The notes under the pieces were generated by a model. The model did not search any database and was not told the DNA's origin. It saw nothing but the letters and a program-made list of their open reading frames with translations. From positions 1-62,201 of the forward strand of contig CAIMUM010000063.1 of NCBI GenBank assembly GCA_903844685.1: 62,201 bases of DNA, given 5' to 3'. The position numbers were made by a program, and so were the translations under genes. This document shows, piece by piece, positions 15,890 to 25,924 of this stretch (position 1 is the stretch's first letter; each line of letters starts with the position of its first letter). This DNA is from an uncultured Dehalococcoidia bacterium. Its GTDB lineage: Bacteria; Chloroflexota; Dehalococcoidia; GIF9; UBA5629.

Positions 15890-16036
15890 ATGCCTAAAGT
15901 AAGTGGTTGGATCATGGGTATACTATCCATAATAGCGGGTATCATGATCATCTGGATGCCTGGCCTACTCGCCTGGATCGTTGGCATTTACCTGATCGTG
16001 ATCGGTATCCTGGCCATTATCGCTGTTGCCAAGTAA
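15890..16036 (+). CDS. Small membrane protein, DUF3096-like (48 aa), not in the ORF track
   Basis: AAAGGAGGAG lies 8 nt before the ATG. The product is MPKVSGWIMGILSIIAGIMIIWMPGLLAWIVGIYLIVIGILAIIAVAK, with two TM helices. It resembles the DUF3096 pattern ..AGI.I...P.LL..IV.IYLI.IG.. Confidence 0.6.
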   Translation: MPKVSGWIMGILSIIAGIMIIWMPGLLAWIVGIYLIVIGILAIIAVAK

Positions 16037-16095
16037 AAGTGACAGTCATAGTAATGACTTCAATTAGAGTTGTTCGCTATAATATGGCGACTCAT

Positions 16096-16127
16096 AATCA
16101 GGCGGGGCTGAAAGGCCCCGCCTGATT
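16096..16127. terminator. Hairpin between convergent genes, marking the end of the metV operon
   Basis: A 13-bp perfect stem, aatcaggcggggc / gccccgcctgatt, with a 6-nt loop. The U-tract is only moderate. Confidence 0.5.
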
Positions 16128-16173
16128 ATTTAACCTCCAATACTGCCGGGCTTAGTAAAATACGGTTATCCTC

Positions 16174-16842
16174 TTATATCCGGTGATCTTCGCGGATTAT
16201 GACGCGCGGACCGCCGCTCAGGCTGGCGCTCCATTGCTTGGGAGGCTCGATCTTTTCCAGCCTCTCCAGTTGCCCGATGTTTTTCAACCTCTGGTATATC
16301 AGTTGCCAGGCGCAGGGGCGGTCGGGCCTGACCTCGCAACGGTCTTCCCGTGAACCTCCGCAGGGGCCATTCAATAAATGCTTGGCGCAACGCGTGACCG
16401 GGCAGATGCCGCCATACTCGTGCAGCACGCAGGATCCGCACTGGGAACACTTCTCAGTCCAGACGCCCCGTTCTTCAAGTATGCCGAGGAATTTTGTGTT
16501 CAGTCCGGCATAGACCGGCTTCTTGAGGAAACGCTCGGCAATGGCCTGGACACCCGCACCACACCCCAGCGACAGCACCACGTCAACTTTCTCGATAGCC
16601 TCGATAGCCTGCTCGATAAACACGTTGTCGCACTGCCGCTCGATGGTAAGCTCGCTGACCTCGTAACCCAACCCCCTGGCCTTTGATGCTATGCGCAGGG
16701 CCGAAGAGATGATGCTCACCTCACGCTCACCTCCGGCCAGGCAAACGGTCACACAGGTACCACAACCCAGCACCAGTATCTTAGAGTCATTGGGAAGCAT
16801 ATCAAGGAGCTCGGGGATGCTTTTTCTCTCTGCTACTATCAT
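16174..16842 (-). CDS. metV: MetV (methylene-THF reductase C-terminal-domain-like, Cys-rich small subunit)
   Basis: Carries LGCGTCVTVCLAGGE and a CSQCGSCVL..GICPVTRCAKHLLNGPCGG signature typical of MetV/MTHFR_C. Its ATGA start overlaps the upstream mvhD stop. Confidence 0.8.
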   Translation of the reverse strand: MIVAERKSIPELLDMLPNDSKILVLGCGTCVTVCLAGGEREVSIISSALRIASKARGLGYEVSELTIERQCDNVFIEQAIEAIEKVDVVLSLGCGAGVQAIAERFLKKPVYAGLNTKFLGILEERGVWTEKCSQCGSCVLHEYGGICPVTRCAKHLLNGPCGGSREDRCEVRPDRPCAWQLIYQRLKNIGQLERLEKIEPPKQWSASLSGGPRVIIREDHRI

Positions 16843-17288
16843 GGTTTTATCTCCTGTTGAACCCGTGTTTTCGCCCGGTTGAGCGGGCTGGGTCCGAGCC
16901 TCTGCACGGTTTCAGCCATCTCGCGCACATGCTCGGTGAATAAACGCGCCATGGCGGCGCTGACGTTGACCATCTTAAGGCGGTCTGCTTCTAACCCGCT
17001 TTCAGCCAGCAGCTTGCGGGCATAGTTCACACGGCGTTTGGCAATGAGGTTGCCCTCTTTGAAATGGCAGCTTCCTTCCTCGCAGCCGGCAACCAGGACA
17101 CCGTCGGCACCGTTCTCGAAGGCCCTGAGATAATACTCGACTTCCAGCCTGCCGGTGCAGGGTGTACGGATTATCCTCACGTTGGAAGGGTACTGCAGCC
17201 GCATCGAACCGGCCAGGTCGGCCGCCGCGTATGCGCAGTAGATACAACAGAAAGCTACAATGGTGGTTTCTTTATCAGCTGATTTCAT
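16839..17288 (-). CDS. mvhD: MvhD/FlpD-like [2Fe-2S] electron-transfer protein
   Basis: Reads IVAFCCIYCAYAAADLAG..LQYPSNVRIIRTPCTGR..GADGVLVAGCEEGSCHF. It overlaps hdrA by 4 nt. Confidence 0.85.
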   Translation of the reverse strand: MKSADKETTIVAFCCIYCAYAAADLAGSMRLQYPSNVRIIRTPCTGRLEVEYYLRAFENGADGVLVAGCEEGSCHFKEGNLIAKRRVNYARKLLAESGLEADRLKMVNVSAAMARLFTEHVREMAETVQRLGPSPLNRAKTRVQQEIKP

Positions 17289-20200
17289 AACACACCGCTT
17301 TTCTCCGGCGCAACGGCCGGCTGGCTTTCTTCTTTTCCGCTTCTGAATAATTCATCCAGCATATCCTTGAACTGCCTTGATTCGAAATGGTTCAACTGTA
17401 TGGCACAGGCCGGGCATTCTGCCGCGCAGATGCCGCAGCCCATGCACTTGGCAGCGATAATCTCCGCCTTATGGTCGGCATTAACCGTCGGGGCGCCGTA
17501 CGGGCATACCTTGGTACAGGTCATGCAGGAGATGCATTTCTGCTGGTCTACCTGCGAAACCTGTGCCCCGGCCTCCAGGTAAGCTTTGGAGAGCACGGTC
17601 GAAGCACGTGAGGCCGCCGCGCGCGCCTGCGAGATATTTTCATCCATGTGCTTGGGGGAATGCGCCAGCCCGCAGAGGAAAATCCCCTCGGTGGCGAATT
17701 CCACCGGGCGCAGCTTGAGGTGAGCCTCGACAAAAAAACCGTCCGCATTGAGAGGCACTTTCAGCATATCTGCAACGCGCCGGTTATCCCCGGCCGCATC
17801 GACACCGGTACTTAGAACGACACAATCTGTCTCGATCTCGACCGGCTCAGGGAAATCGGGGCTCTTGAGGCTGACAACCAGTCCATTATCCTGTGAGACC
17901 AGCGGCGGGGCATCGGGCTCATAACGTATAAAAATAACCCCTGCTTCACGTGCCTGCTTGTAATATTTTTCACGGAAGCCGTAGGTCCTGATATCGCGGT
18001 AAAGCACGTAGACACTGGCAGACGGGTCCAGTTTCTTTATCTTCAGTGCGTTCTTGACCGCCATGGAGCAGCAGATACGGCTGCAGTAAGGTCTCTCATC
18101 ATTGCGTGAACCGACGCATTGTATCATCACCACATTCCTGCGGCCGGTTGCAAAATCGCCTTTGTGCAGACGCTGCTCCAGTTCAAGCTGTGTGATGACC
18201 CCTTCGTCTTTACCACGCAAGTATTCCCTGGTCGCCGCGGGGGCGGCCCCGGTGGCCACGATTATGGCGCCGCAGGACACTTCGCTGTCCGTGCCGTCCT
18301 GGAAAAGAGAAACCTTGAATTGTCCAATGAAGCCGGCCACATTGGTGACATCTGCCCCGAGATGAAGGACGATGTTCGGATGGTTTTCAACCTCCTTCAC
18401 CAACCCGGCCACAAACGTGGAAACGTCCTCATGCTCGAGGGTATACCTGAGGGTAAGGGCGTTGCCTCCCAGCCTGTCCGATTTCTCCACCAGGTGCACC
18501 TTGAAACCCTGCCCTGCCAGCGCCAGCGCCGCAGTCATGCCGCTGATACCACCACCGATGACGAGACCCGTCTGGTCGACGGCAAACGAGGTCCCCGTGA
18601 GCGGGGATAGCAGCCTAGCCCGCGCGACGGACATCCTCATAAGTTCTGTCGCCTTCTCCGTGGCCTTTTCAGGCTCGGCAGAGTGAACCCATGAGCACTG
18701 GTCCCGGATATTAGCCAGCTCGAACAGGTAGGGGTTCAGCCCGGCCTCGCGCAGCGTGTCACGGAATATGGGCTCATGGGTACGCGGCGTACAGGATGCG
18801 ACCACGATGCGGTTCAGGCGGTGCTTATGTATCATATCCCTGATATTATTGAGATTGGAATCGGCGCAGGTGTACATGGTGTGCGTGGCAAAGACCACGT
18901 TGGGCTGCTGGGCAGCTATCTCCGACACGCGTTCTACGTCAACCACCGAGGCGATGTTCTTGCCGCAGTGGCAGACGAATACGCCTATCCTGGCCTGCTC
19001 GTCAGTCACATCGTGCTCGTCCGGGTAGACCCTTTTGCTTATCAGTGAGTTGCGCGCCTCGGCCAGCAGTTCCATGGACATCGAGGCGGCCGCGCTGGCC
19101 TGTGTCACGGTTTCGGGAATATCCTTGGGCTCCTGGAAGGCGCCCGCCACGAATACACCGGGTCTCGATGTCGATACAGGATAAAGCCGGTCGGTGGCAC
19201 AGAAGCCATACTCATCCAGGCTGATACCCAAACGGCCGGCGGCTTCTCTTGCCGGCTTCCCTGCCTCCATGCCTACGGACAGCACCACCACGTCGAAATC
19301 GCGCTCTTCCATAACCCCGGCGCCGCTGTAGAATTGCAGGCGCAGGTCCTTACTGCCGGGCACCTGCAGGACGCGTGACGGCATGCTCCTGATATAATTT
19401 ATGTTCCCGCTGCTTTTAGCCCTCTCGTAATACTGGTCAAAATCTTTTCCGTGGGCCCGGATATCCATATAGAAAATGGAGGCCTCCAGCCCGGGCTCGT
19501 GATCCGAGGCCACCAGCGCCTGCTTGGTTGAAACCATGCAGCATACCGATGAGCAATACTCGTTGCCGCAACTGGCATCGCGCGACCCCACACACTGTAT
19601 CCAGGCGATGCGCTTTGCCTCCTTTCCGTCGGAGCGGCGAATAACATGTCCCTCGAAAGGACCGGACGCCGAGAGCATCCGCTCGAATTGCACGCTGGTC
19701 AGGACGTTGGCATAGCGGCCGAAGCCGAACTCTCCCTTCTTCTCAGCAGGGAACTCTTCGAACCCGGGGGCAAGTATGACCGAACCTATCTCTAACTTGA
19801 CCTCACGCTGTCCCATGTAATGGTCAATGGCGTTCTGTTCGCAGGCCTTAACGCACTCCTGGCATTCAGAACACAGGGCACAGTTCAGGCAGCGCTCAGA
19901 TTCAGCCAGGGCGGCTTCTTCACTCAGCCCTCCCTCGGTCTCGCTGAAAGTCCCCTGCCGCCGGCTTAGCGGAAGGTATGCCGGCACGGCGCGCGGTCTT
20001 TTCTCTGCACCGGAGATACCGGGAAGAAGTTCCTCGGAAAGTGGTTTGACCGTATCTTCAAAGCGGGAAGCACGCATATCCTCATTCCTGAGATAGCGGT
20101 CGATGGATTCAGCGGCCCGCTTGCCGGCGCCTACAGCCTGTATGATCGAAGCCGGCCCGGATACACTGTCGCCGCCTGCGAAAATGCCTTTTAGCGATGT

Positions 20201-21775
20201 TTCAAGCGTGGCAGGGTCTACTTTGAAGCATCCACGCTCTGTCTCAACCCCGGCGCTGCTGATGAATTGCTTATCCAGCGACTGTCCGATGGCTATTATC
20301 ACCCGGTCTGCCTGCACCGTTGTCAGTGTTTTCTCATCATAAGCCGGGCTGAAACGCCCCTCACTATCAAATACGCTTATACAGCGTTTTAGCTCAATCC
20401 CCGTGGCCTCACCGTTGCCCAGTATGCGGCGCGGTCCCCAACCATTGCTGATCTTGATGCCTTCTTCAAGTGTCTCCGCTATCTCCTCCGGCAGGGCCGG
20501 CATCTCCTGCCTCTGCTCAAGGGAGACCATCTCGACGCTCCCGGCGCCCAGCCTCAGCGCGGTGCGCGCCACATCCACTGCTACATTGCCGCCGCCTATG
20601 ACGACAACTTTTCTTCCGACGGCAGGTAAATTATTCCTGTCACCCGCCTGCCTGAGGAACTCGACGCCATAGTCGATGTTAGATTTATCCTCGCCCTCAA
20701 TACCGAGCCTGCGGCTGACCTGCACGCCCACCCCGATGAAGACCGCATCGTTATCCTCCCATATTCTCGCAAAAGAGATATCTTCCCCTATCCTGCAACT
20801 GTATTTGAATGCGATACCCTTGCGGCGAATGAGCTCAATTTCATAATCAAGTATTTTCTTGGGCAGCCTGTATTCCGGTATGCCCCAGCGCAGCATCCCG
20901 CCCGCCGCGGGCGCCGCCTCGTACACGGTCACCGCATATCCGCGGTCGGCAAGGTCGGCGGCCGCCGTCAGGCCGGCCGGGCCGGCGCCGATTATCCCGA
21001 CTCTCTTCGCGCCGGCCGGAGGTGTTTTTTCTTCCGGCAGGGAGATCCGGCCTGATTCTACCAACTCCATCTCTTTATCCGACGCAAACCGTTTGAGCAG
21101 CCTGATGGCGACGGGGTCGTCCAATTTTCCGCGTGTGCAGACCGCTTCGCAGGGGTGGTTGCAGGCTCGCCCGCATATGGCGGAAAGAGGGTTCCTCTCC
21201 CTTATCAGGTTCACTGCCTTTACGTACTCTTTCTTCTTGATAAGCTGTATATAGCCCTGGACATTAATATTGGCCGGGCAGGTGACCTTGCAGGGCGCGT
21301 GCCCGTTCTTCAAGATATTGAATAGGTTGGGGGTAGCCTGCGCGTAATGCTTGGCGATGGCCTTGCGTGTGCCCAGTTCGCGGTCGAAGTGGTTGGGGAT
21401 ATTCACCGGGCAGGCATCGGTACATTGTGCGCAAGCGGTGCACTTGTCCTCGTCGACGTAACTCGGGTAGCACCGGATGGTGGCCGTGAAGTTGCCGGCC
21501 TCTCCCTGGAGGTCCACCAGTTCAGAAAGAGTGAGCATCTCAATATTGAGGTTGCGCGCGCATTCCACCAGCTTGGGCGATACGATGCAGGTAGCGCAAT
21601 CCCCGGTGGGAAATGTCTTATCCAGGTGCGACATCATGCCGCCGATAGCGGCTGAACGTTCGACCAGGTACACCCTGAAACCGGAGTTGGCAAGGTCGAG
21701 AGCGGCCTGTATGCCGGCGATCCCGCCACCCTGCACCAGAACTGCGCCTGTCTTCTTCTTTTTATCAGCAGTCAT
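17285..21775 (-). CDS. hdrA: 1496-aa fusion: HdrA module split by a GltD/NfnB-like FAD/NAD(P)H module, a Cys-rich thioredoxin-like domain, then a second complete HdrA module with a C-terminal 2x[4Fe-4S] ferredoxin
   Basis: The start is set at ATG 21775 (MTADKKKKTGAVLVQGGGIAGI); the track start at 21898 would overlap hdrB. HdrA signatures occur twice: IQCVGSRDASCGNEYCSSVCC (aa 727-746) and IQCVGSRNDERPYCSRICC (aa 1219-1236). The GltD-like insert spans aa ~155-565 (nt ~20081-21313): CPANINVQGYI..NPLSAICGRACNHPCEAVC, VGIIGAGPAGLTAA, VVVIGGGNVAVD, GIFAGGD. Confidence 0.85.
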   Translation of the reverse strand: MTADKKKKTGAVLVQGGGIAGIQAALDLANSGFRVYLVERSAAIGGMMSHLDKTFPTGDCATCIVSPKLVECARNLNIEMLTLSELVDLQGEAGNFTATIRCYPSYVDEDKCTACAQCTDACPVNIPNHFDRELGTRKAIAKHYAQATPNLFNILKNGHAPCKVTCPANINVQGYIQLIKKKEYVKAVNLIRERNPLSAICGRACNHPCEAVCTRGKLDDPVAIRLLKRFASDKEMELVESGRISLPEEKTPPAGAKRVGIIGAGPAGLTAAADLADRGYAVTVYEAAPAAGGMLRWGIPEYRLPKKILDYEIELIRRKGIAFKYSCRIGEDISFARIWEDNDAVFIGVGVQVSRRLGIEGEDKSNIDYGVEFLRQAGDRNNLPAVGRKVVVIGGGNVAVDVARTALRLGAGSVEMVSLEQRQEMPALPEEIAETLEEGIKISNGWGPRRILGNGEATGIELKRCISVFDSEGRFSPAYDEKTLTTVQADRVIIAIGQSLDKQFISSAGVETERGCFKVDPATLETSLKGIFAGGDSVSGPASIIQAVGAGKRAAESIDRYLRNEDMRASRFEDTVKPLSEELLPGISGAEKRPRAVPAYLPLSRRQGTFSETEGGLSEEAALAESERCLNCALCSECQECVKACEQNAIDHYMGQREVKLEIGSVILAPGFEEFPAEKKGEFGFGRYANVLTSVQFERMLSASGPFEGHVIRRSDGKEAKRIAWIQCVGSRDASCGNEYCSSVCCMVSTKQALVASDHEPGLEASIFYMDIRAHGKDFDQYYERAKSSGNINYIRSMPSRVLQVPGSKDLRLQFYSGAGVMEERDFDVVVLSVGMEAGKPAREAAGRLGISLDEYGFCATDRLYPVSTSRPGVFVAGAFQEPKDIPETVTQASAAASMSMELLAEARNSLISKRVYPDEHDVTDEQARIGVFVCHCGKNIASVVDVERVSEIAAQQPNVVFATHTMYTCADSNLNNIRDMIHKHRLNRIVVASCTPRTHEPIFRDTLREAGLNPYLFELANIRDQCSWVHSAEPEKATEKATELMRMSVARARLLSPLTGTSFAVDQTGLVIGGGISGMTAALALAGQGFKVHLVEKSDRLGGNALTLRYTLEHEDVSTFVAGLVKEVENHPNIVLHLGADVTNVAGFIGQFKVSLFQDGTDSEVSCGAIIVATGAAPAATREYLRGKDEGVITQLELEQRLHKGDFATGRRNVVMIQCVGSRNDERPYCSRICCSMAVKNALKIKKLDPSASVYVLYRDIRTYGFREKYYKQAREAGVIFIRYEPDAPPLVSQDNGLVVSLKSPDFPEPVEIETDCVVLSTGVDAAGDNRRVADMLKVPLNADGFFVEAHLKLRPVEFATEGIFLCGLAHSPKHMDENISQARAAASRASTVLSKAYLEAGAQVSQVDQQKCISCMTCTKVCPYGAPTVNADHKAEIIAAKCMGCGICAAECPACAIQLNHFESRQFKDMLDELFRSGKEESQPAVAPEKSGVL

Positions 21776-21807
21776 ATTACGGTTACCTTTATTGTATTTT
21801 TCACCTT

Positions 21808-22680
21808 TCAGGCTTTCAAGGCCAGGGACTGTAAAACCCCGGCGGGGGAGACCATCAGCCGGTTGAGGCCGAGCTCTTTGGGCGGGATGCCGAGGCACAA
21901 ACCAAGCAATTGCGTTATGTATACGATAGGCATCTCATAGCGCCTGCCCGTTTGCTTTTGCATATCTTTCTGGCGCAGGTCAAGGCTGGCCTGGCACATG
22001 GGGCAGGCCACCGTAATACACCCGGCGCCCGACGCCACAGCCATATCAAGGACTGAACCCGAAAGCTTCACAACCACTTCAGTCCTGGTCAGGTTAAGGC
22101 CTCCTCCGCAACAGTCAACTTTGCCGGGCCAGTCGACGCTCTGCCCACCCATGGCATCTACCAGGCGGTCGAGGATAGTAGGGTTCTCTGCATCGTCAAA
22201 ATGAGTTACATCGTGCGGACGCACCAGCAGGCACCCGTAATAAGCTGCTACCTTCAACCCTCCGAGAGTGTGTGTAAAGCTCTTACGCAGTTTTTCAATA
22301 CCCACGTCTTCGAGCAGTACTTCGACAAGATGCCTCACGGCAACTGAGCCGTCATATGGTTGCCCGACCACGTCGGCTACTCTGGCTCGCATGGCCGGTG
22401 AGGAGGACACCTCGTGGTTTGTCACCTTCATCCGGTTGTAACAAGCCGCGCAGGTGACCACCGTATCAAGCCCCATCTGCTTAGCCAGCAGCATATTGGC
22501 AGCCGGCAGTGAAGCGGCAAGTATCCGGTCGGTCTGGTGTGCGGCAGTTGCCCCACAGCAGGACCATCCCTCAATTTCCACCAGCTCAATACCCAGCTTA
22601 CATGCTACAGCTATGGCCGACTCGTGCATATCACGGGCAGTGGAATGTGACGAGCACCCCGGATAATATGCGTATTTCAT
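21808..22680 (-). CDS. hdrB: Heterodisulfide reductase subunit B-like protein (two CCG domains)
   Basis: Reads YYPGCSSH..WSCCGA and YYGCLLVRP..VDCCGGG. It overlaps hdrC by 4 nt. Confidence 0.85.
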   Translation of the reverse strand: MKYAYYPGCSSHSTARDMHESAIAVACKLGIELVEIEGWSCCGATAAHQTDRILAASLPAANMLLAKQMGLDTVVTCAACYNRMKVTNHEVSSSPAMRARVADVVGQPYDGSVAVRHLVEVLLEDVGIEKLRKSFTHTLGGLKVAAYYGCLLVRPHDVTHFDDAENPTILDRLVDAMGGQSVDWPGKVDCCGGGLNLTRTEVVVKLSGSVLDMAVASGAGCITVACPMCQASLDLRQKDMQKQTGRRYEMPIVYITQLLGLCLGIPPKELGLNRLMVSPAGVLQSLALKA

Positions 22681-23246
22681 TGCTTTTTTCCTTTACCCGG
22701 CATGGCCTTTTCAAAAATGCGCCTTACGGCCTTTTTGTCGGCGCCGGACGGCGGGAGAATGGCCATTTTCCCCTTCTTCAACATGGTGGGGAATTTTTCC
22801 GTATCGCTCATCAACGAGCCGCTCCCGAGCTTGTAGCCGGCGATCATGGACAGGTCGTAGGAGCGTCCGAAAACCCTGACATTGGCCAGGAACATGCGGT
22901 TAAACAGTGGCATGTTGCCTTCAGGCACTTTGGATCCCCTGGCCAGGGCCAAACTGCGCAGGGCATCGATAACCGCAGCGAAATTTATCTGCATCGGGCA
23001 GCGGCCGTAGCAGGTTTCGCAGGAAAGGCACATCCACACCAGGCCGTTCTCCAGGAGCTCGTCCCCAGCCCCCAGGTGCAACCTCCTGATAATCTCCGAC
23101 GGCGCCGACTTCGCCGGTCCGGCCACCGGACAGCCTGCGGAGCATTTCCTGCACTGGTAACAGGCGTCTAAGCTGACGCCGGACATCTCTTCTACAATCG
23201 CCTTGAGGCCAGTCCCCTTTGCTACTTTGTTAATTCTTATCGTCAT
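22677..23246 (-). CDS. hdrC: Heterodisulfide reductase subunit C-like protein (2x[4Fe-4S])
   Basis: Reads CYQCRKCSAGCP and CLSCETCYGRCP. Confidence 0.85.
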   Translation of the reverse strand: MTIRINKVAKGTGLKAIVEEMSGVSLDACYQCRKCSAGCPVAGPAKSAPSEIIRRLHLGAGDELLENGLVWMCLSCETCYGRCPMQINFAAVIDALRSLALARGSKVPEGNMPLFNRMFLANVRVFGRSYDLSMIAGYKLGSGSLMSDTEKFPTMLKKGKMAILPPSGADKKAVRRIFEKAMPGKGKKQ

Positions 23247-23266
23247 ATTTATCCTTCGTACGTCCG

Positions 23267-25924
23267 TTATTCACCGGTCGATACGGTCAACAGGTCGGTC
23301 TCCGTTACCACGGCCCCCTCGATTTTCTTGCCCAGCGCCGCTATTCTAACCGGAGCAACTTTACGGTAAACCTCGGATGGGTTAAGCCTCTTGCCATCCA
23401 CGGTCAGCAGTTCTTCAACCTTTATACCGAAGAGCCGCTCATTTTCCTCCAGGTACGGAAGTATCAGTTCCCAGTCCTCATCGGCCATGCGGTAGAAACC
23501 GCAGCCGTTCAACTGCTGCCAGACGACCTGCTGGCGCGGGTCCCGTATGTAAATAGCTCCTCCCGAAGCCAGCGAGAAAAGGTTGCTGCCCGGGTATGGT
23601 TCCTTCAAGGCAATCAGATTCCCTTCATCGTCAAATGTCACGCCATTCAGTATGACAAACCCGCCGCCGTTAAGCACATCACCCGCCATAAATGACTCAC
23701 CGAGGAAATCAAGGCAGGTGCCGTTAATCACGACCCTTGGCCTGCCCACCGAGTTGATAAGCGGCCGTCCGGCGGCATTGCCCATAACGTAAATCGAGCC
23801 GCCCTTAGCCCCGTACATAAAGGTTTGTCCAACATCGCCATGAATAACCAGTTTGCCGCGCTTGATGATCTGGCCGACCTGGTCCTGGGCGTTGCCATGT
23901 ACGGTAATGGTCATCCCATCGATACCTGAAGCCAGGTAATCCCCGGAGCTGTCGTAAACTTCTATAGTCACACCATCGGAGTCAGGCCCGAGACCACAGC
24001 CGATGAACCGCTGCCCGATGCAATTAAAACTGATGAAGCGCCGCCATCCCTTCAGATAGGCATCCATCAGTAAGGTGGCATCGCAGCCTTCACCTTCCGG
24101 ATCAAAGCCCATGGCATCTATCACCAGGGTGGTTTCATTGTTTTGCGGCGGCCTCAGCAGTCCCCGTGTCCCGTGGTCTATCAGGCGGTACCCACCCTCG
24201 GCAGGACCATTCCCATCAAATTTAGTGAGACCGCTGAATACCGCATTTAAAGCGCTGCGTACCAGGTAGAGAATGTGGTTGCGTTTCTTCATACCCACGG
24301 GATACCTGCGGTCGTTGAGCAGTGTAAGGGCTTCGATAGCCGCTGAACTGCCCTTAGGTTCCTTTGCAAGCTCAATTAAGTAAGCTAAGGCCGCCCGGAT
24401 CTCTGCGAAAGACCATCTCCGTATTCCTCCGGATAAGTACTCAAAAATGTCAGCCGCGCTCCTTTTTTCAAAGCTCTGTTTGAGGCCGTCCCTGATATGG
24501 CCTGCAACTTCCGCTACGGCAGCCGTAAAATCACAGGCCTCGCCACCGGTTGGCATGGGAACGGGAGTGCCAAACTTGTCGCTACAGGATATACGCAGCC
24601 TGCCGGACTTATCAGGTTCCAGGTCAAAGATAAAAGCGCCGCCGTCGGTATGGCTGCCGCCCCTGGCGTTCCAGTACCGGTCCGCGACCGGGCATATCCG
24701 GCTGTCATCGGCGTGCAGGCTCAGCAGTGTGGCGTCTATGGCCTGTTTCTCGGAGGCTATCAACCCAACCTGCACTTCCCCATCGCAAAAAGCGAATACC
24801 TGGGGCCGAAGCATAGCGGTATCCGTGATACCCATAAGCTGGAAGGCGCCCTTCTGCGGCAGTGAGCGTGCGATAATAAAGAACCAGGGACCGTCGGGCG
24901 AACCATGTATATGGGCGGCCTGTACCGCCCGATACAGCGCCTGTTTGTCCTTCGGCAGACGGTCGAAATCCAGCTCCGACGTAGGCGCCAGCGCCTCGAT
25001 AATATATTCCAATGGATAATGGTAGGTTCGCTCCAGCAGGTCAAACATTAAAATGGAAACTTCGGTGTCTGTGAGGAATTGCGGATAGATATGCCTCTCG
25101 GCCAGGTATTCGCACACCGAGTGGTAATTGGCAAAGTCACCGTTGTGCACCAGCGCGGCGTTGATGCCGCCGAAGGGATGGGCGCCTCCCGGGTGCCATA
25201 CGCGGCCCTTGGTCGGGAAGCGCTGGTGGGCTATCCATACATGGGCGCATAGCTCTTCGATCTTGTAGTACTTTACGATAGCCTCCGCGTATCCTACCAC
25301 CTTGAGGATCATGATGTTTTTGCCTTCGGACATTACGAAGGCCTTCTGTTCGCCAAGTGAAGCATAGTATTCCTGGTTAAGCCGTATGCTGTTCTGGTTG
25401 ACGAACTCGGCCCTGGCCTCATCTCTCGTCAGGCCGGTGAAGCCGTTAGCCTTTACAAACGAATTAAGGACATCACCTTTCACGCGCACAAAATAGCGGT
25501 AAACATCGGGAGGTTTGGCTTCCAGGCCATCAACCGTTGTCCAGTCATCCAAGGTTTCAAGTTTCTGCGTTGTGGCTACATTAAAATTGGGTTTGATATA
25601 TTTATCCTCAAGCTGAGGCCTTATCCCCGTGTCAAGGAATGCCACGTGGATCATGTAGCACTTATCCAGCACTTCGCGGCTTACGCCAAGCTGTTCCGGT
25701 ATGAAGCCAAGCGCGGCAATGCCGCCACCCTTGCCATTGCCGCGGTTATGCATCTGCCTTGACGGCTCGTAAATGTGCCTGGCCGCTACCGGCTCCGAGC
25801 AGCACAAACCGACGACACCACAGCCGCCCTCTTCCTCAACCTTCCTCTCAGTTGCAGCCGGCTGCAACTCACCTGCCAGTCTTTTCCTGGAAAGAAGCAG
25901 TTGTCCTATCGTTTCGCGGTTCAT
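23267..25924 (-). CDS. Glutamate-synthase-like fusion: class-II (Ntn) glutamine amidotransferase domain plus C-terminal GXGXG domain
   Basis: The candidate Ntn nucleophile is Cys35 in GGCGVVGL, followed by HNRGNGKGGGIA, HQRFPTKG and LVHNGDFANY. The C-terminal GXGXG beta-helix reads VHGNAQDQVGQ..VIHGDVGQTFMYGAKGGSIYVMGNAAGRP. Its ATGA start overlaps the upstream gene. Confidence 0.8.
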   Translation of the reverse strand: MNRETIGQLLLSRKRLAGELQPAATERKVEEEGGCGVVGLCCSEPVAARHIYEPSRQMHNRGNGKGGGIAALGFIPEQLGVSREVLDKCYMIHVAFLDTGIRPQLEDKYIKPNFNVATTQKLETLDDWTTVDGLEAKPPDVYRYFVRVKGDVLNSFVKANGFTGLTRDEARAEFVNQNSIRLNQEYYASLGEQKAFVMSEGKNIMILKVVGYAEAIVKYYKIEELCAHVWIAHQRFPTKGRVWHPGGAHPFGGINAALVHNGDFANYHSVCEYLAERHIYPQFLTDTEVSILMFDLLERTYHYPLEYIIEALAPTSELDFDRLPKDKQALYRAVQAAHIHGSPDGPWFFIIARSLPQKGAFQLMGITDTAMLRPQVFAFCDGEVQVGLIASEKQAIDATLLSLHADDSRICPVADRYWNARGGSHTDGGAFIFDLEPDKSGRLRISCSDKFGTPVPMPTGGEACDFTAAVAEVAGHIRDGLKQSFEKRSAADIFEYLSGGIRRWSFAEIRAALAYLIELAKEPKGSSAAIEALTLLNDRRYPVGMKKRNHILYLVRSALNAVFSGLTKFDGNGPAEGGYRLIDHGTRGLLRPPQNNETTLVIDAMGFDPEGEGCDATLLMDAYLKGWRRFISFNCIGQRFIGCGLGPDSDGVTIEVYDSSGDYLASGIDGMTITVHGNAQDQVGQIIKRGKLVIHGDVGQTFMYGAKGGSIYVMGNAAGRPLINSVGRPRVVINGTCLDFLGESFMAGDVLNGGGFVILNGVTFDDEGNLIALKEPYPGSNLFSLASGGAIYIRDPRQQVVWQQLNGCGFYRMADEDWELILPYLEENERLFGIKVEELLTVDGKRLNPSEVYRKVAPVRIAALGKKIEGAVVTETDLLTVSTGE

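Noticed and set aside
17367-21898. Many 60-160-aa ORFs on both strands within hdrA, and the 41-codon N-terminal extension of the track ORF (start 21898)
   Set aside because: The extension would overlap hdrB by 90 nt and is Arg/Pro-rich. ATG 21775 gives the canonical HdrA N-terminus (GAVLVQGGGIAG). The internal ORFs are frame shadows. I also checked for an in-frame TGA (selenocysteine, as in some HdrA proteins) and found none in this frame.
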